Origin: a virus
Taxonomy: Duplodnaviria; Heunggongvirae; Uroviricota; Caudoviricetes
Length of the DNA: 64,000 nt
IMG/VR virus record: IMGVR_UViG_2908567220_000002
Location: 32,001-96,000 of that record
Reading direction: 5' to 3' (one strand)
Of the stretch, positions 30,176 to 44,892 are shown piece after piece. Position 1 is the stretch's first letter, and each line of letters opens with the position of its first letter. The notes under the pieces were generated by a model, which searched no databases, was not told where the DNA came from, and was given only the letters and a program-made list of their open reading frames with translations. A program made the position numbers and the translations under genes.

Positions 30176-30504
30176 CAGTTCACCACCTGTTTAAACTCTG
30201 CGCTGAACCCAACACGCAACATACTGACCTGCGACGACCATTTTGCGCAGGTCACCTTTATCTGCCTGTAACCATAAGGCGGCGTCCACAGAAAGGCCTT
30301 CCAGCCCCCGTGCTCAGCCAGAAACGACTCCAGCGCCGTGGCCTCCTCACGGGAGACAGACAGCGTCACGCTGTACGTTTTCAGGTCAGCGTTCAGCCCG
30401 GCAGGCGCACGCTGGGAATAGCCATCACCAAAGCGCACCTCCCTGACGGAAGGAGCCGATGTCACATCCATCCCGGGTTTCACTTTCCAGCGGAAGGTTT
30501 TCAT
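30175..30504 (-). CDS. M: minor tail protein M
   Basis: 109 aa, lambda M synteny. Confidence 0.85.
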   Translation of the reverse strand: MKTFRWKVKPGMDVTSAPSVREVRFGDGYSQRAPAGLNADLKTYSVTLSVSREEATALESFLAEHGGWKAFLWTPPYGYRQIKVTCAKWSSQVSMLRVGFSAEFKQVVN

Positions 30505-33062
30505 CGTCCACCTCCGGAGAACAGACCACCATCGCGCATCTGTGCCTGGATTTCATCACGGGCACCCTTGCGGGCCATGTCATACACCGCCTTCATCATC
30601 TGTGGACCTGGCAGACCATTCGTACCGTCGTTCTGAATCACCACGTTGTTGTTCTGCTCAAACCTGATACCCTCTGAACGCCGCATTTGCGCCGGACTTC
30701 CGGTGCCACCGACATAACCGCCGGTGGCATAGCCGCGCATCAGCCGGTAGAGATTTCCCACGCCAATCCGGCTGGTTGCCTCCTTCGTGAAGACAAATTC
30801 ACCACGGTGAACAATCCCCGCTGGCTCATATTTGCCGCCGGTTCCCGTAAATCCTCCGGTTGCAAAATGGAGTTTCGCCGCAGCGGCCTGAATGGCTGTA
30901 CCGCCTGACGCGGATGCGCCGCCACCAACAGCCCCGCCAATAGCGCTGCCGATACTCCCGACAATCCCCACCATTGCCTGCTTAAGCAGAATTTCTGTCA
31001 TCATGGACAGCACGGAACGGGTGAAGCTGCGCCAGTTCTGTTCACTGCCGGTCAGCATCGCCGCCATATTCTGCGCAATACCATCAAAGGTCTGCGTGGC
31101 AGCACTTTTAACCTGCGACATACTGTCCGTGGCACTCTCTTCCCACTCACTCCAGCCTGACCTGAGGCCTGCCATCCAGCTCCCGCGAAGCTGGTCTTCA
31201 GCCGCCCAGGTCTTTTTCTGCTCTGACATGACGCTATTCAGCGCCAGCGGATTATCGCCATACTGTTCCTTCAGGCGCTGTTCCGTGGCGTCCCGCGCTG
31301 CCTGCCGGTCAGTCAGCCCCCGGTTTTTCGCCTCAATGGCTGCCCGTTTTGCCCGTTGCTGCTGTGCGAATTTATCCGCCTGCTGCGCCAGCGCGTTCAG
31401 GTGCTCCTGATACGTGACCTTATCGCCAAGTGCAGCCAGCTGGCGTTTGTACTCCAGCGTCTCATCTTTATGCGCCAGCAGGGATTTCTCCTGTGCGGAC
31501 AGCTGGCGACGTTGCGCCGCCTCCTCCAGTACCGCGAACTGACTTTCTGCCTTCCACAAATCCCGGCGCTGCTGGCTGATTTTCTCATTCGCTCCGGCAT
31601 GCTTCTCCAGCGTCCGGAGTTCTGCCTGAAGCGTCAGCAGGGCAGCATGAGCACTGTCTTCCTGACGATCGCCCGCAGACACCTTCACGCCGGACTGTTT
31701 CGGCTTTTTCAGCGTCGCTTCATAATCCTTTTTCGCCGCCGCCATCAGCGTGTTGTAATCCGCCTGCAGGATTTTCCCGTCTTTCAGTGCCTTGTTCAGT
31801 TCTTCCTGACGGGCGGTATATTTCTCCAGCGGCGTCTGCAGCCGTTCGTAAGCCTTCTGCGCCTCTTCGGTATATTTCAGCCGTGACGCTTCGGTATCGC
31901 TCTGCTGCTGCGCATTTTTGTCCTGTTGAGTCTGCTGCTCAGCCTTCTTTCGGGCGGCTTCAAGCGCAAGACGGGCCTTTTCACGATCATCCCAGTAACG
32001 CGCCCGCGCTTCATCGTTAACAAAATAATCATCCTTGCGCAGATTCCAGATGTCGTCTGCTTTCTTAAACGCAGCCTCTGCCTTAATCAGCATCTCCTGC
32101 GCGGTATCAGGACGACCAATATCCAGCACCGCATCCCACATGGATTTGAATGCCCGCGCAGTCCTGTCTGCCCAGGTCTCCAGCGTGCCCATGTTCTCTT
32201 TCAGGCGGCGGGTCTGGTCATCAAACCCTTTCGTTGCGGCCTCGTTCGCCGCCTGCAATGCCCCGGCTTCATCGCCGGAACGCTGCAACTGAGCAACATA
32301 CGCAATCTGCTCCGCCGTCACGTTATGGAACTGGCGTGCCATCGCCGTCAGCCCCGACGTCGGGTCTGTGGTCAGCTTCCCGAAGGCTTCAGCGACCTTG
32401 TCCACCTCCACGCCGGATGCAGAGGAGAAACGCGCCACACTCTGGCTGATGGACGCAATCTGAGCCTCACCGCTTACCCCCGCCTTAACCAGTGCGCTGA
32501 GTGACTCGCTGGTCTGGTTAAACGTCAGCCCTGCCGCCTGCCCGGCTCTGGACAGGACCAGCATACGATCTGCCGTCAGTCCCGCCTGATTGCCGGAAAG
32601 GACCAGCGTTTTATTGAAATTGGACAGGGTTGAGTCACCCTGATACCAGGCATACGCCAGCGCACCGGTCGCCACCGCCAGCGAAGTGATACCAACCATC
32701 GGCAGGGTGATCGCACCGGTAAGCCCCCTGAACATGGGGATCATCCCGCCGAAGGAGTCCTTCACCTGACCACCCTGTTGCAGCAGGATGAGCCACGGAT
32801 TCTGCCCCCCTGCAAGCTGCGTGGCCACGTCGGTGAACTGCGCAGGCAGCATACGCATGGCAGCTTTATACTGCCCGACGGAAATCCCCGCTTTCTGTGC
32901 AGCCAGCGCCTGCCGGTTCATTGACTGTTCAACGACTGCCGCTGTTTTTTTCGCATCACTTTCCGTACCGGAAAAATGACGCCTGACTCTGGCCATCTGC
33001 TCGTCAAATCTGGCCGCATCCAGACTTAAATCAACGACCAGATCGCCTACCGGTTCAGCCAT
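30501..33062 (-). CDS. H: tail tape measure protein H
   Basis: 853 aa, coiled-coil rich, lambda H synteny. Confidence 0.85.
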   Translation of the reverse strand: MAEPVGDLVVDLSLDAARFDEQMARVRRHFSGTESDAKKTAAVVEQSMNRQALAAQKAGISVGQYKAAMRMLPAQFTDVATQLAGGQNPWLILLQQGGQVKDSFGGMIPMFRGLTGAITLPMVGITSLAVATGALAYAWYQGDSTLSNFNKTLVLSGNQAGLTADRMLVLSRAGQAAGLTFNQTSESLSALVKAGVSGEAQIASISQSVARFSSASGVEVDKVAEAFGKLTTDPTSGLTAMARQFHNVTAEQIAYVAQLQRSGDEAGALQAANEAATKGFDDQTRRLKENMGTLETWADRTARAFKSMWDAVLDIGRPDTAQEMLIKAEAAFKKADDIWNLRKDDYFVNDEARARYWDDREKARLALEAARKKAEQQTQQDKNAQQQSDTEASRLKYTEEAQKAYERLQTPLEKYTARQEELNKALKDGKILQADYNTLMAAAKKDYEATLKKPKQSGVKVSAGDRQEDSAHAALLTLQAELRTLEKHAGANEKISQQRRDLWKAESQFAVLEEAAQRRQLSAQEKSLLAHKDETLEYKRQLAALGDKVTYQEHLNALAQQADKFAQQQRAKRAAIEAKNRGLTDRQAARDATEQRLKEQYGDNPLALNSVMSEQKKTWAAEDQLRGSWMAGLRSGWSEWEESATDSMSQVKSAATQTFDGIAQNMAAMLTGSEQNWRSFTRSVLSMMTEILLKQAMVGIVGSIGSAIGGAVGGGASASGGTAIQAAAAKLHFATGGFTGTGGKYEPAGIVHRGEFVFTKEATSRIGVGNLYRLMRGYATGGYVGGTGSPAQMRRSEGIRFEQNNNVVIQNDGTNGLPGPQMMKAVYDMARKGARDEIQAQMRDGGLFSGGGR

Positions 33063-33489
33063 ACCGGACTCCTCCTGCGATCCCTTCTGATACTGTCATC
33101 AGTATTACGTCATCCTCCGTCATGCCCGCCACATCCGGGGAAGCGGGGATAACTTCATTCCCGTCCGGGTCAAAGCGGACGCCTCCGGCAAGCCCTGCCG
33201 CTTTCTGCATCAGCACATCATCTTCAGGCTCTTCGTCAGCCTCACACCGGTTCAGCAGACTGAAATCCAGCGGATGCATATCCGGATCGCTGAAAAACAG
33301 GCTGAGTACGGTGTACGTCAGCCCGGAAAAGTGCATATCCAGCAGAACATCATGAAAATAATGGGTACTGTAAAAGCGGTGCCAGTCGGCATACTCCGTG
33401 GATGACATCCCGGCAAGCATGGCGCGCCAGTCGGGTCGCCCCATCTCACGCGCCAGTTTCAGGGCAAAACTCAGCTCACCGTCGAACAC
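33055..33489 (-). CDS. T: T segment of tail assembly chaperone GT (made by -1 frameshift from G)
   Basis: 144 aa ORF in -1 frame relative to G, beginning at slippery site. Confidence 0.6.
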   Translation of the reverse strand: MFDGELSFALKLAREMGRPDWRAMLAGMSSTEYADWHRFYSTHYFHDVLLDMHFSGLTYTVLSLFFSDPDMHPLDFSLLNRCEADEEPEDDVLMQKAAGLAGGVRFDPDGNEVIPASPDVAGMTEDDVILMTVSEGIAGGVRYG

Positions 33490-33893
33490 TTTCCCGCAGA
33501 AACAGGCTCTGCTGGCCCGGCGTCATCTGCCTGTTCAGGTGCATCATTCACAACAAACTCAGACATACCGGACAGACGCATTACCACGTTTTCAGCCTGA
33601 GCAATTGCCTCCGTGGGCCAGGTGGTAAGCACTTCCTGCTCAATCTGCGTAATGGCTTCATTCATGGACGGCAGCTTTGTCTTCTGCGGATGGCTATGCC
33701 ACAGGGACATCGCCACCAGAAACGCCCCGCCTCTGATAAGATCCTCTACAGACACCTGCAGGTTGCCGCTGGATTCAGCCTTTTTTTCCTGCTCTTTCAA
33801 CCAGGCAAGATGCTCAATACGCTGCAGGGCTGACAGTTCAGAAAGCGTGACGGTCACGCCGTTATGTTCAAATGATTCGGTTTTCAGGAACAT
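33471..33893 (-). CDS. G: tail assembly chaperone G
   Basis: 140 aa, lambda G synteny. Confidence 0.8.
   Translation of the reverse strand: MFLKTESFEHNGVTVTLSELSALQRIEHLAWLKEQEKKAESSGNLQVSVEDLIRGGAFLVAMSLWHSHPQKTKLPSMNEAITQIEQEVLTTWPTEAIAQAENVVMRLSGMSEFVVNDAPEQADDAGPAEPVSAGKCSTVS
33489..33495 (-). other. programmed -1 ribosomal frameshift slippery heptamer GGGAAAG
   Basis: minus-strand GGGAAAG a few codons before G stop; frame arithmetic puts T in -1 frame. Confidence 0.55.
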
Positions 33894-33908
33894 CGCTGAC
33901 TCTCCGGA

Positions 33909-34679
33909 TTAACTGTCGGTGACGGTGATTCCTGCAACCACAGCAAGTTCACCATTACCGGATACAACCGGAATGTTGACCTTGCCTGCAGCAACACCTT
34001 TCACGGTGATGGTCATACCACTGACCGACACGGTGGCTTTTGTTTTATCCGCAGACACCGCACGGAAGCTCTTGTCGGTTGCGCCTTCCGGCTGGAATGC
34101 CACGGTCAGCGTGATGCTCCGCCCTTTCACCACCGAGGAGCTGGCAGGCGTAACGGTCATGCCGGTTGCCGCCGTCACCGTACTGCGATCTTCTGCCATT
34201 GACGGACGGCCCACATTGGTGACCTTCACCGTACGGGTGATCACTTCCTTCGCCGTCACCGCCTTACCGATACTGCTGACCCAGCCACGGAACACATCGA
34301 CCGTGCCGTTCGGGAAGCGGATTTTATAGGCACGGGTATCACCTTCATTAAACCACGCCAGCAGCGCCTGCTGCCCCTGCTCTCCGGGCATCCACGCCAG
34401 CGTGAAGCTGGTATCTCCGGCGGATTTCTGCCCCTGCCCGGTCGCGGTCCAGTCCGCATCTTCATCATCGAGATAACTGTCGTCATAGGACTCAGCGGTC
34501 AGTTCGCCGGGCGTCAGGTCTTTAACTTTTGCCAGACGCGACCAGTCAACGTCTGAAAGCGGGTTCGCATAAGGGTCACCGCTCCCCTTATAAACCCACA
34601 GGGTGGTCCCGGCACCTTTCACCGGCATTACAGGATTTGGTACAGGCATAGCGTCCTCACATTTCATAGGTAATGACAT
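33909..34679 (-). CDS. V: major tail protein V
   Basis: 256 aa, lambda V synteny with C-terminal Ig-like region. Confidence 0.85.
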   Translation of the reverse strand: MSLPMKCEDAMPVPNPVMPVKGAGTTLWVYKGSGDPYANPLSDVDWSRLAKVKDLTPGELTAESYDDSYLDDEDADWTATGQGQKSAGDTSFTLAWMPGEQGQQALLAWFNEGDTRAYKIRFPNGTVDVFRGWVSSIGKAVTAKEVITRTVKVTNVGRPSMAEDRSTVTAATGMTVTPASSSVVKGRSITLTVAFQPEGATDKSFRAVSADKTKATVSVSGMTITVKGVAAGKVNIPVVSGNGELAVVAGITVTDS

Positions 34680-35052
34680 AAGTCAGATCGGCTGAACTCC
34701 ACAGGCCCGCATCATCGTCGCGCCGGTAGTCATAGCCACTGGCCACCATACTGGTGATCAAATCTGACAGTGCCGGGATATCGCTCATCACCGGATAAAT
34801 CCGGGACTCCATCCACGAATCCAGCTCTGAATCCGGCACCTGAGCAGGCAGGAAAACTTCAATATGCAGCTCCGCCTGCCAGGTATCGCTGTCCAGCTCT
34901 TCGCCCGTGTATTCAGCGCCGGTGAGATAAACGGCAATTGCCGGAAAATCTTCCTCATCAAAAACAGCGGGGCGACCATCAAAAAGCGTCGCCCCGGCGT
35001 CATGCTTCTCCAGTGCATCCAGTACGGCTGCACGGAGTTCAGTATGTTTCAT
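34657..35052 (-). CDS. U: minor tail protein U
   Basis: 131 aa, lambda U synteny. Confidence 0.8.
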   Translation of the reverse strand: MKHTELRAAVLDALEKHDAGATLFDGRPAVFDEEDFPAIAVYLTGAEYTGEELDSDTWQAELHIEVFLPAQVPDSELDSWMESRIYPVMSDIPALSDLITSMVASGYDYRRDDDAGLWSSADLTYVITYEM

Positions 35053-35627
35053 CGCTTTATTACCATTCTCAGTTGATGCTGCAGCGCATAGCCCAGCTCT
35101 TTCGGAAGACGCTCACGCCGTATCCGCTCAATATTCTGTTTAAACGCCGTGGTAAGCGGCACCGCCATCGGGATTTTCACCACATCAATGGGGTAACGGT
35201 TTTTCCCGGCCACACGCTGCATGACATGCCACCGGCCATTTTTCAGTTGCTGAATAAACGCGCCGGGAATACGACGGTTACCCACCACAAGCACGCTGCC
35301 GCCACCTTTCAGGGATGAACGCTGCCCCTTTTTACGACGCCTGCGGCGGGACAGGACAACCCGCGCATTACCCAGCCTGATTACGGGCAAATCCCCCCGG
35401 TTAACTTTGATTCTGGCCTGCGGATTTTTGACCGTGGCCCTTTTCAGCCTGGCCCTTTCCTTTACCAGTTTCCGGCGTACCTTTGTCTCACGGGCAACCT
35501 GTGACGCAGACTGCGATATCGCGGATGACGCAACGCGGTTAATGGCTATTGCGGCGGCACCAGGCACCGCCGTTTTGCTGATACGGCTGAGGTTTTCAAC
35601 GGCCTGCTCAAGACCTTTTATGGCCAT
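35049..35627 (-). CDS. Z: tail completion protein Z
   Basis: 192 aa, lambda Z synteny. Confidence 0.8.
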   Translation of the reverse strand: MAIKGLEQAVENLSRISKTAVPGAAAIAINRVASSAISQSASQVARETKVRRKLVKERARLKRATVKNPQARIKVNRGDLPVIRLGNARVVLSRRRRRKKGQRSSLKGGGSVLVVGNRRIPGAFIQQLKNGRWHVMQRVAGKNRYPIDVVKIPMAVPLTTAFKQNIERIRRERLPKELGYALQHQLRMVIKR

Positions 35628-35638
35628 ACATCCCCCTT

Positions 35639-35992
35639 TCAGCGGCGACGGTTAACGGCAGGCGGTACGCCCCGTCCAAGCCAGAGATGACAACTTCCGC
35701 CATCATCCGGCGAAACCCGATCTACCCAGAAATTTTCCTCACCGATGGTCAGCGTGTCTCCACGCCGCAGCTGCCGCACCTCATCAGTCCGGACAAACAG
35801 GGACGGGCTGGAGCCTTCAACGCGCACGCCCTGTCCGGCATAGCTGATATTTTCAGGGTCATCAAAAACACCACGTATCACAGCACCGGACTGCTCACCG
35901 GATGTCATGGTGGCTGACGTTCCCATGTACCCGCGTATCGTTTCATCAGCGCGAGCAATGGCAGCATCGAACAGGTTATCGAAATCAGCCAC
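35639..35992 (-). CDS. FII: head-tail joining protein FII
   Basis: 117 aa, lambda FII synteny. Confidence 0.8.
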   Translation of the reverse strand: MADFDNLFDAAIARADETIRGYMGTSATMTSGEQSGAVIRGVFDDPENISYAGQGVRVEGSSPSLFVRTDEVRQLRRGDTLTIGEENFWVDRVSPDDGGSCHLWLGRGVPPAVNRRR

Positions 35993-36003
35993 AGCGCCTC
36001 CCG

Positions 36004-36402
36004 TTATTGCATTCTGGCCAGGCCACGTTCTGTCATTTCGGCTGCCACACCGGCAGAGACACGAAACGCCGTTCCCGGCAGCACAAATGCCACAGGTTTA
36101 TCCCGCGTGGCGTGAAGTGCATCAGTATGCAGCGTCACCAGTGCCACGACCGTGACCAGTTCAGCCGTATCCTGAATCACGGTATCCGGCTGCGCTGATA
36201 CCACCTCATTTTCATGCCCGGTCAGCACATTTTCCCGGCTGAGAGGGGTGTCCTGACCGGCAGTTTCATCCGTGTCATCAAGCTCTTCTTCCAGCTCTGC
36301 CACACGAAGCGCCAGTTCTTCTTTCGTTCCCGTCAAACTGACATCGCGGTTCAGTTGCTCACCCAGCTCCTGAAGACGGGCAATCAGTTCATCTTTCGTC
36401 AT
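36004..36402 (-). CDS. FI: DNA packaging protein FI
   Basis: starts MTKDELIARLQELGEQLN as lambda FI; track ORF extends 13 codons upstream. Confidence 0.8.
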   Translation of the reverse strand: MTKDELIARLQELGEQLNRDVSLTGTKEELALRVAELEEELDDTDETAGQDTPLSRENVLTGHENEVVSAQPDTVIQDTAELVTVVALVTLHTDALHATRDKPVAFVLPGTAFRVSAGVAAEMTERGLARMQ

Positions 36403-36443
36403 GAACTCCTCCACAGAGAGAAAATGGCCCCGAAGGGCCATGA

Positions 36444-37469
36444 TTACGCCAGTTGTACAGACACGAACTCATCAGGATCAGCCAGCAGCATCAGCGGTGC
36501 TGACTGAATCATGGTGAACTCACGCGCCGGATCGCCGGTGGTCACCCAGTTTTTCGGGTAACGGGCAGAGGCGTTAATGCCTTCGCGCTGTGCGTCCGCA
36601 TCCTGAATGCAGCCATAGGTGCGCAGACCGCGTGCCTGAGTGTTCCCCAGCACCATCGTGTTGTCCGGCAGGAAGTTCTTTTTGACGCCGTTTTCCACGT
36701 ACTGTCCGGAATACACGACGATGGCCACATCGCCATACATCCCCTTGTAGGACACCGCTTTGCCCAGGTCTTTCACCGCTGTCTCCAGCTCGGAATGAGA
36801 GCCGCGACGAGTATCCAGCTTCTCCTTGACGGCTTTGAAGGAACGGAACAGCGCCCAGCCTTTCGGATCAAACACGATGATATTCACCACTCCGCTGGCG
36901 TTCAGCGCGTAGGCTTCGATATCGTCGGTCGGGTCATACGTGGACTTGTCACGCTTGCTCCACTCCGTGCTGCCGGACTGCGTGATGTTGTTGGCCGCAC
37001 TGCGGCCCATATCCACCTCAACCGGATCGAAGGCTTCACCGGTCATGGTGTATTTGCCCTTAAGCACGGCAGAAACTGCCTGCATCTCTTCCACCTGGGC
37101 AATGGCCAGCTCTTCGTCACGCATGTTCTGCATGATGATGCGACGGCGACGGTAAGCCGGGTCCGCCAGATTCTGCGGATCTTCATCCGGCAGGCGACGC
37201 AGGGTCATCTGCGGATTCACTTCATGCTTGGGTTTGACATATCCCGGCGTAAATTCAGAGGTGGAGCCGCCACGGGAGCGGATAACCTCACCGGAAACAA
37301 TCGGCGAAACGTACAGCGCCATGTTTACCAGTCCCGGAATTTGTGAGAGATAGACTTTTTCCGTGGTGAAGGGATAGCTCTCACGGAAAAAGAGACGCAG
37401 AAACAGCGGATCAAACTTAAATTTCTGCTCATTTGCCGCCAGCAGCTGGGCGGTTGTGTACATCGACAT
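36444..37469 (-). CDS. E: major capsid protein E
   Basis: starts MSMYTTAQLLAANEQKFKFDP as lambda gpE; track ORF extends 9 codons upstream. Confidence 0.9.
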   Translation of the reverse strand: MSMYTTAQLLAANEQKFKFDPLFLRLFFRESYPFTTEKVYLSQIPGLVNMALYVSPIVSGEVIRSRGGSTSEFTPGYVKPKHEVNPQMTLRRLPDEDPQNLADPAYRRRRIIMQNMRDEELAIAQVEEMQAVSAVLKGKYTMTGEAFDPVEVDMGRSAANNITQSGSTEWSKRDKSTYDPTDDIEAYALNASGVVNIIVFDPKGWALFRSFKAVKEKLDTRRGSHSELETAVKDLGKAVSYKGMYGDVAIVVYSGQYVENGVKKNFLPDNTMVLGNTQARGLRTYGCIQDADAQREGINASARYPKNWVTTGDPAREFTMIQSAPLMLLADPDEFVSVQLA

Positions 37470-37524
37470 AAAAAAATCCCGTAAAAAAAGCCGCACAGGC
37501 GGCCTTTAGTGATGAAGGGTCAGG

Positions 37525-37857
37525 TTAAACGATGCTGATTGCCGTTCCGGCAAACGCGGTCCGTTTTTTCGTCTCATCGCTGGCAGCCTTCGGCCAGAGC
37601 ACATCCTCATAACGGAACGTGCCGGACTTGTAGAACGTCAGCGTGGTGCTGGTCTGGTCAGCAGCAACAGCAAGAATGCCGACAGCAGCACCGTCGGTGG
37701 TGCCATCCCACGCAACCAGCTTACGGGTGGAGGTGTCCAGCATCAGCGGGGTCATTGCAGGCGCTTTCGCACTCAATCCGCCTGGCGCGGTTGCGGTATG
37801 AGCCGGGTCACTGTTGCCCAGCGGCTGGTAATGGGTAAAGGTTTCTTTGCTCGTCAT
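37525..37857 (-). CDS. D: head decoration protein D
   Basis: [27 protein letters not shown]... matches lambda gpD. Confidence 0.9.
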   Translation of the reverse strand: MTSKETFTHYQPLGNSDPAHTATAPGGLSAKAPAMTPLMLDTSTRKLVAWDGTTDGAAVGILAVAADQTSTTLTFYKSGTFRYEDVLWPKAASDETKKRTAFAGTAISIV

Positions 37858-37866
37858 AAACATCCC

Positions 37867-39166
37867 TTACACTGGTGTGTTCAGCAAATCGTTAACGGCA
37901 TCAGATGCCGGGTTACCTGCAGCCAGCGGTGCCGGTGCCCCCTGCATCAGACGATCCAGCGCAGTGTCACTGCGCGCCTGTGCACTCTGTGGTGCTGCGG
38001 CCAGAATGCGGCGGGCCGTTTCCACGGTCATACCGGGGGTTTCTGCCAGCACGCGGGCCTGTTCTTCGCGTCCGTGAGCCTCCTCACAGTTGAGGATCCC
38101 CATAATGCGGCTGTTTTCTGCCGCAACCGCTGCGGTGATCTGCGCGTTCACGTCCGGCTGCGCCGCGCTGGCGTTCTCGCCCTCCGTCGCTGGCACCACG
38201 TCAGTAACGTCAGCCTGCGAAGCAGTGGCTGAAACAGTTGTTGATTGAGTCTCTTTGGTCATTCGCCCTCCTGAGAGACGGGATTTACGTGCATCCAGTG
38301 CATCACGCATGACGGTGATCGCATCGGTACTGTTAACAAGTTCATCAGCCAGTCCGGCATCAATGGCCTCCTGACCGCTGTACACTGCAGCCTCGGTATC
38401 CAGCACAGCCTGCACGGACAGGCCGGTATATGCCGACACCTTCTGTGCAAACATCCGGCGGGTTGCATCCATCCGGGACTGCAGTGTTTCCCGGACATCA
38501 TCCGGTAGATGGCTGTAGGGGTTGCCATCCACCTTATGGCTGCCGCTGTAAATCAGCGTGATTTCCACGCCCTGTTTCTCCAGCGCAGCACCGTAATTAC
38601 TGTGAGCCATCATGACGCCGATGGAGCCTGTCCGGGCGGTCTGCGTGACCAGACGCCGGGAGGCGGCGCTGGCAAGCAGCTGACCTGCACTGCAGTTCAT
38701 GTCGTTGGCCAGCGCCCATACCGGTTTTATGTCTCGCACACGGGCGATGATGTCAGCACAGTCAAATGCTCCCGCCACCATCCCGCCCGGTGTGTCCATA
38801 TCCAGCAGAATGCCGTCCACCATCGGGTCGCTGGCAGCCTGTTGCAGACGGGCGATAATGCCGTTGTAACCGGTCATCCCCGAATACGGCTGCAGCGCCC
38901 GCGTCCGGCTGACCAGCGTGCCGGAAACCGGCAGCACGGCGATGCCGTTCATGACCTGATAACTGCGGGCCTGTCGTGGTCCGTCATCATCACCGGATAA
39001 CGCCAGCGTCGCGGGTGCCTCTCCGGCAGTCAGGCTGTCGCCGGACACCGCATCCGTCAGGCGACTGATCCCAAGCTGGCCTGCAAGCGCACAAAAGAAA
39101 ACCCGCGCATAGGCGGGTTCAAGCATCAGCGGCTCATTAAAAGCCATGCTGGCAATATGCGGGAGA

Positions 39167-39186
<20 letters not shown>
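37867..39186 (-). CDS. C: head maturation protease/scaffold C (S49 peptidase; Nu3 scaffold in frame in C-terminal part)
   Basis: matches lambda gpC from VTAELRNLPHIASMAFNEP; likely GTG start; track ORF 37867..39321 begins upstream. Confidence 0.85.
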
Positions 39187-42867
<3,681 letters not shown>

Positions 42868-42893
<26 letters not shown>

Positions 42894-43413
42894 TCAGCAA
42901 CCCCGGTATCAGTTCATCCAGCGCGGCTGCTTTGTTCATGGCTTTGATGATATCCCGTTTCAGGAAATCAACATGTCGGTTTTCCAGTTCCGGAAAACGC
43001 CGCTGTACCGAGAGAGGGATCCCGTCAAGAATACTGGCAATTTCACCTGCGATCCGTGACAGCACGAAAGTACAGAATGCGGTTTCCACCACCTCTGCGG
43101 AGTCTCTGGCATTCTTCAGCTCCTGTGCGTCGGCCTGCGCACGCGTAAGTCGATGGCGTTCGTACTCAATAGTCCCAGGCTGGAGATCTGCCTCACTGGC
43201 AGCCCTGTAATCCACAACCTCTTTACGGAGTTTTTCATTTTCGATATCAGCTTCCCTCTGCGCATACCACTGAATTGCCATGGCGGTATCAAATACAGAT
43301 TCAACGCCCTTACCACCTCCGGAGACGCAAGGGAGTCCCTGAGACTGCCAGCGTTCAATCGTTCGCGGATCCACGTTGAAAATTTCGGCAAGTTTCTTTT
43401 TATTAACCTTCAT
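42868..43413 (-). CDS. Nu1: terminase small subunit Nu1
   Basis: 181 aa, lambda Nu1-like N-terminal HTH. Confidence 0.85.
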
Positions 43414-43589
43414 GAAACAGTCTCACAATAAATACAGGGGCCGACATGAAAGTGCCCGAAAATGACTTTTTTAGGCGTTTTCATGTCGGACCTTTTACGG
43501 ATTCGATATTAGAAAAAACAAATAGTTATGTTCGAGAAGTACCGACATGATTTTCCCCGGAAAATTTTCATAAATAGCGAAAACCCGCG

Positions 43590-43601
43590 AGGTCGCCGCC
43601 C
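43590..43601 (-). other. cos cohesive-end site (cosN 12-nt overhang)
   Basis: plus AGGTCGCCGCCC is reverse complement of lambda GGGCGGCGACCT, about 180 bp upstream of Nu1 start. Confidence 0.7.
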
Positions 43602-43824
43602 CGTAACCTGTCGGATCGCCGGAAAGGACCCGCCAACGACTTTCGCGTGCAGGCATTAAAAATTTTGCAGTTCCATGCCTAGTTGAAACCTCGATTTCTA
43701 TAACATCCAATTTTGTAAATTTAGATATAGCTCAACTTTTCCCAATGTTTTCAAGTGTATAAAAACAATTGGCGTTACGCCATAACACTATACTTAGGAT
43801 AAGTAAAGATTTTAAGGAGTTTTA

Positions 43825-44892
43825 ATGAGTCAACATCAATATTACCCACAGCTGAAATGGAAGCCTGCTGAATATGAATCTCTGATGCTTTTAGATCAAA
43901 CTACGCTCTCTGGTTTTACTCCGATCATTACCATTCCAGACATAGACTGGGATTATGAAAACGAATGCTACAAGAAGAGTTTGAGTTCTTACTTATCTGA
44001 CTTCGGTATTAACCTTGCGGCATCCTGGAAAGCCAATCGTCCTGTTTTGCTGGATGTTAAATATTTAGATAAACATGGTTCGAGCCGCCATCATCCTCTA
44101 GATATGTGTATCCAAGATGCTAGAGTAAATGGTAAGGAAATTATCCCTGTTGTCTCTCCCGCATATTCAACAAACTATATACATGCTGTTCAACGCAACT
44201 TAATCAATGGGCTCGCTATATCTATCACCCCCCAGACATGGCACCAATTCACAAGTCTGGTTAACCACTTAAATATTCATCCTAGTTTAATTGATGTAAT
44301 CATTGATTTTGGAGATATTCAAAACGCAACTGATAGTTTAAAACAACAAGCATTAAGCATGGTCAACACATTATCAGGCCAAGCTCCGTGGAGAAACTTG
44401 ATTTTATCTTCAACCGCATACCCTGCATCACAGGCAGGGATACCGCAACATCAAGTTCATCATATTCCGCGCCATGAATACGATCTTTGGATGTATGTAG
44501 TACAGAATTTTAGCAATGGAAGAACGCCAAGTTTTAGTGATTATCCCACCGCTAGCTCTACCATTACGAGCGTAGACCCACGCTTCATGTCTCAGTATGT
44601 CTCAGTGAGATATTCGAACGATACCTCATGGATCTTTGTAAAAGGTACCGCAGTTAAAGGAAATGGATGGGGCCAAACTAAAAACTTATGTACTACCCTT
44701 GTTAGTTCGCCAGAGTATCAAGTCTTTGGCTCCAAATTTAGTTGGGGGGATGATTACATTTACCAAAGATCATTAGGCGCTAACAAATCTGGCGGCTCTA
44801 AAGAATGGCGTAAAGTTGCACATACGCACCATATTACGTTAGTCGTGAGACAGCTTTATTGGTTGGCGCAGACTCAGCCTGCCAAGCCTTAA
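43825..44892 (+). CDS. beta-protein-like (sce7725-like) hypothetical protein
   Basis: 355 aa; N-terminal YYPQLKWKPAEYESL resembles conserved start of beta-protein family (recalled, not searched); convergent with next gene, 59 nt 3-prime overlap. Confidence 0.45.
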   Translation: MSQHQYYPQLKWKPAEYESLMLLDQTTLSGFTPIITIPDIDWDYENECYKKSLSSYLSDFGINLAASWKANRPVLLDVKYLDKHGSSRHHPLDMCIQDARVNGKEIIPVVSPAYSTNYIHAVQRNLINGLAISITPQTWHQFTSLVNHLNIHPSLIDVIIDFGDIQNATDSLKQQALSMVNTLSGQAPWRNLILSSTAYPASQAGIPQHQVHHIPRHEYDLWMYVVQNFSNGRTPSFSDYPTASSTITSVDPRFMSQYVSVRYSNDTSWIFVKGTAVKGNGWGQTKNLCTTLVSSPEYQVFGSKFSWGDDYIYQRSLGANKSGGSKEWRKVAHTHHITLVVRQLYWLAQTQPAKP

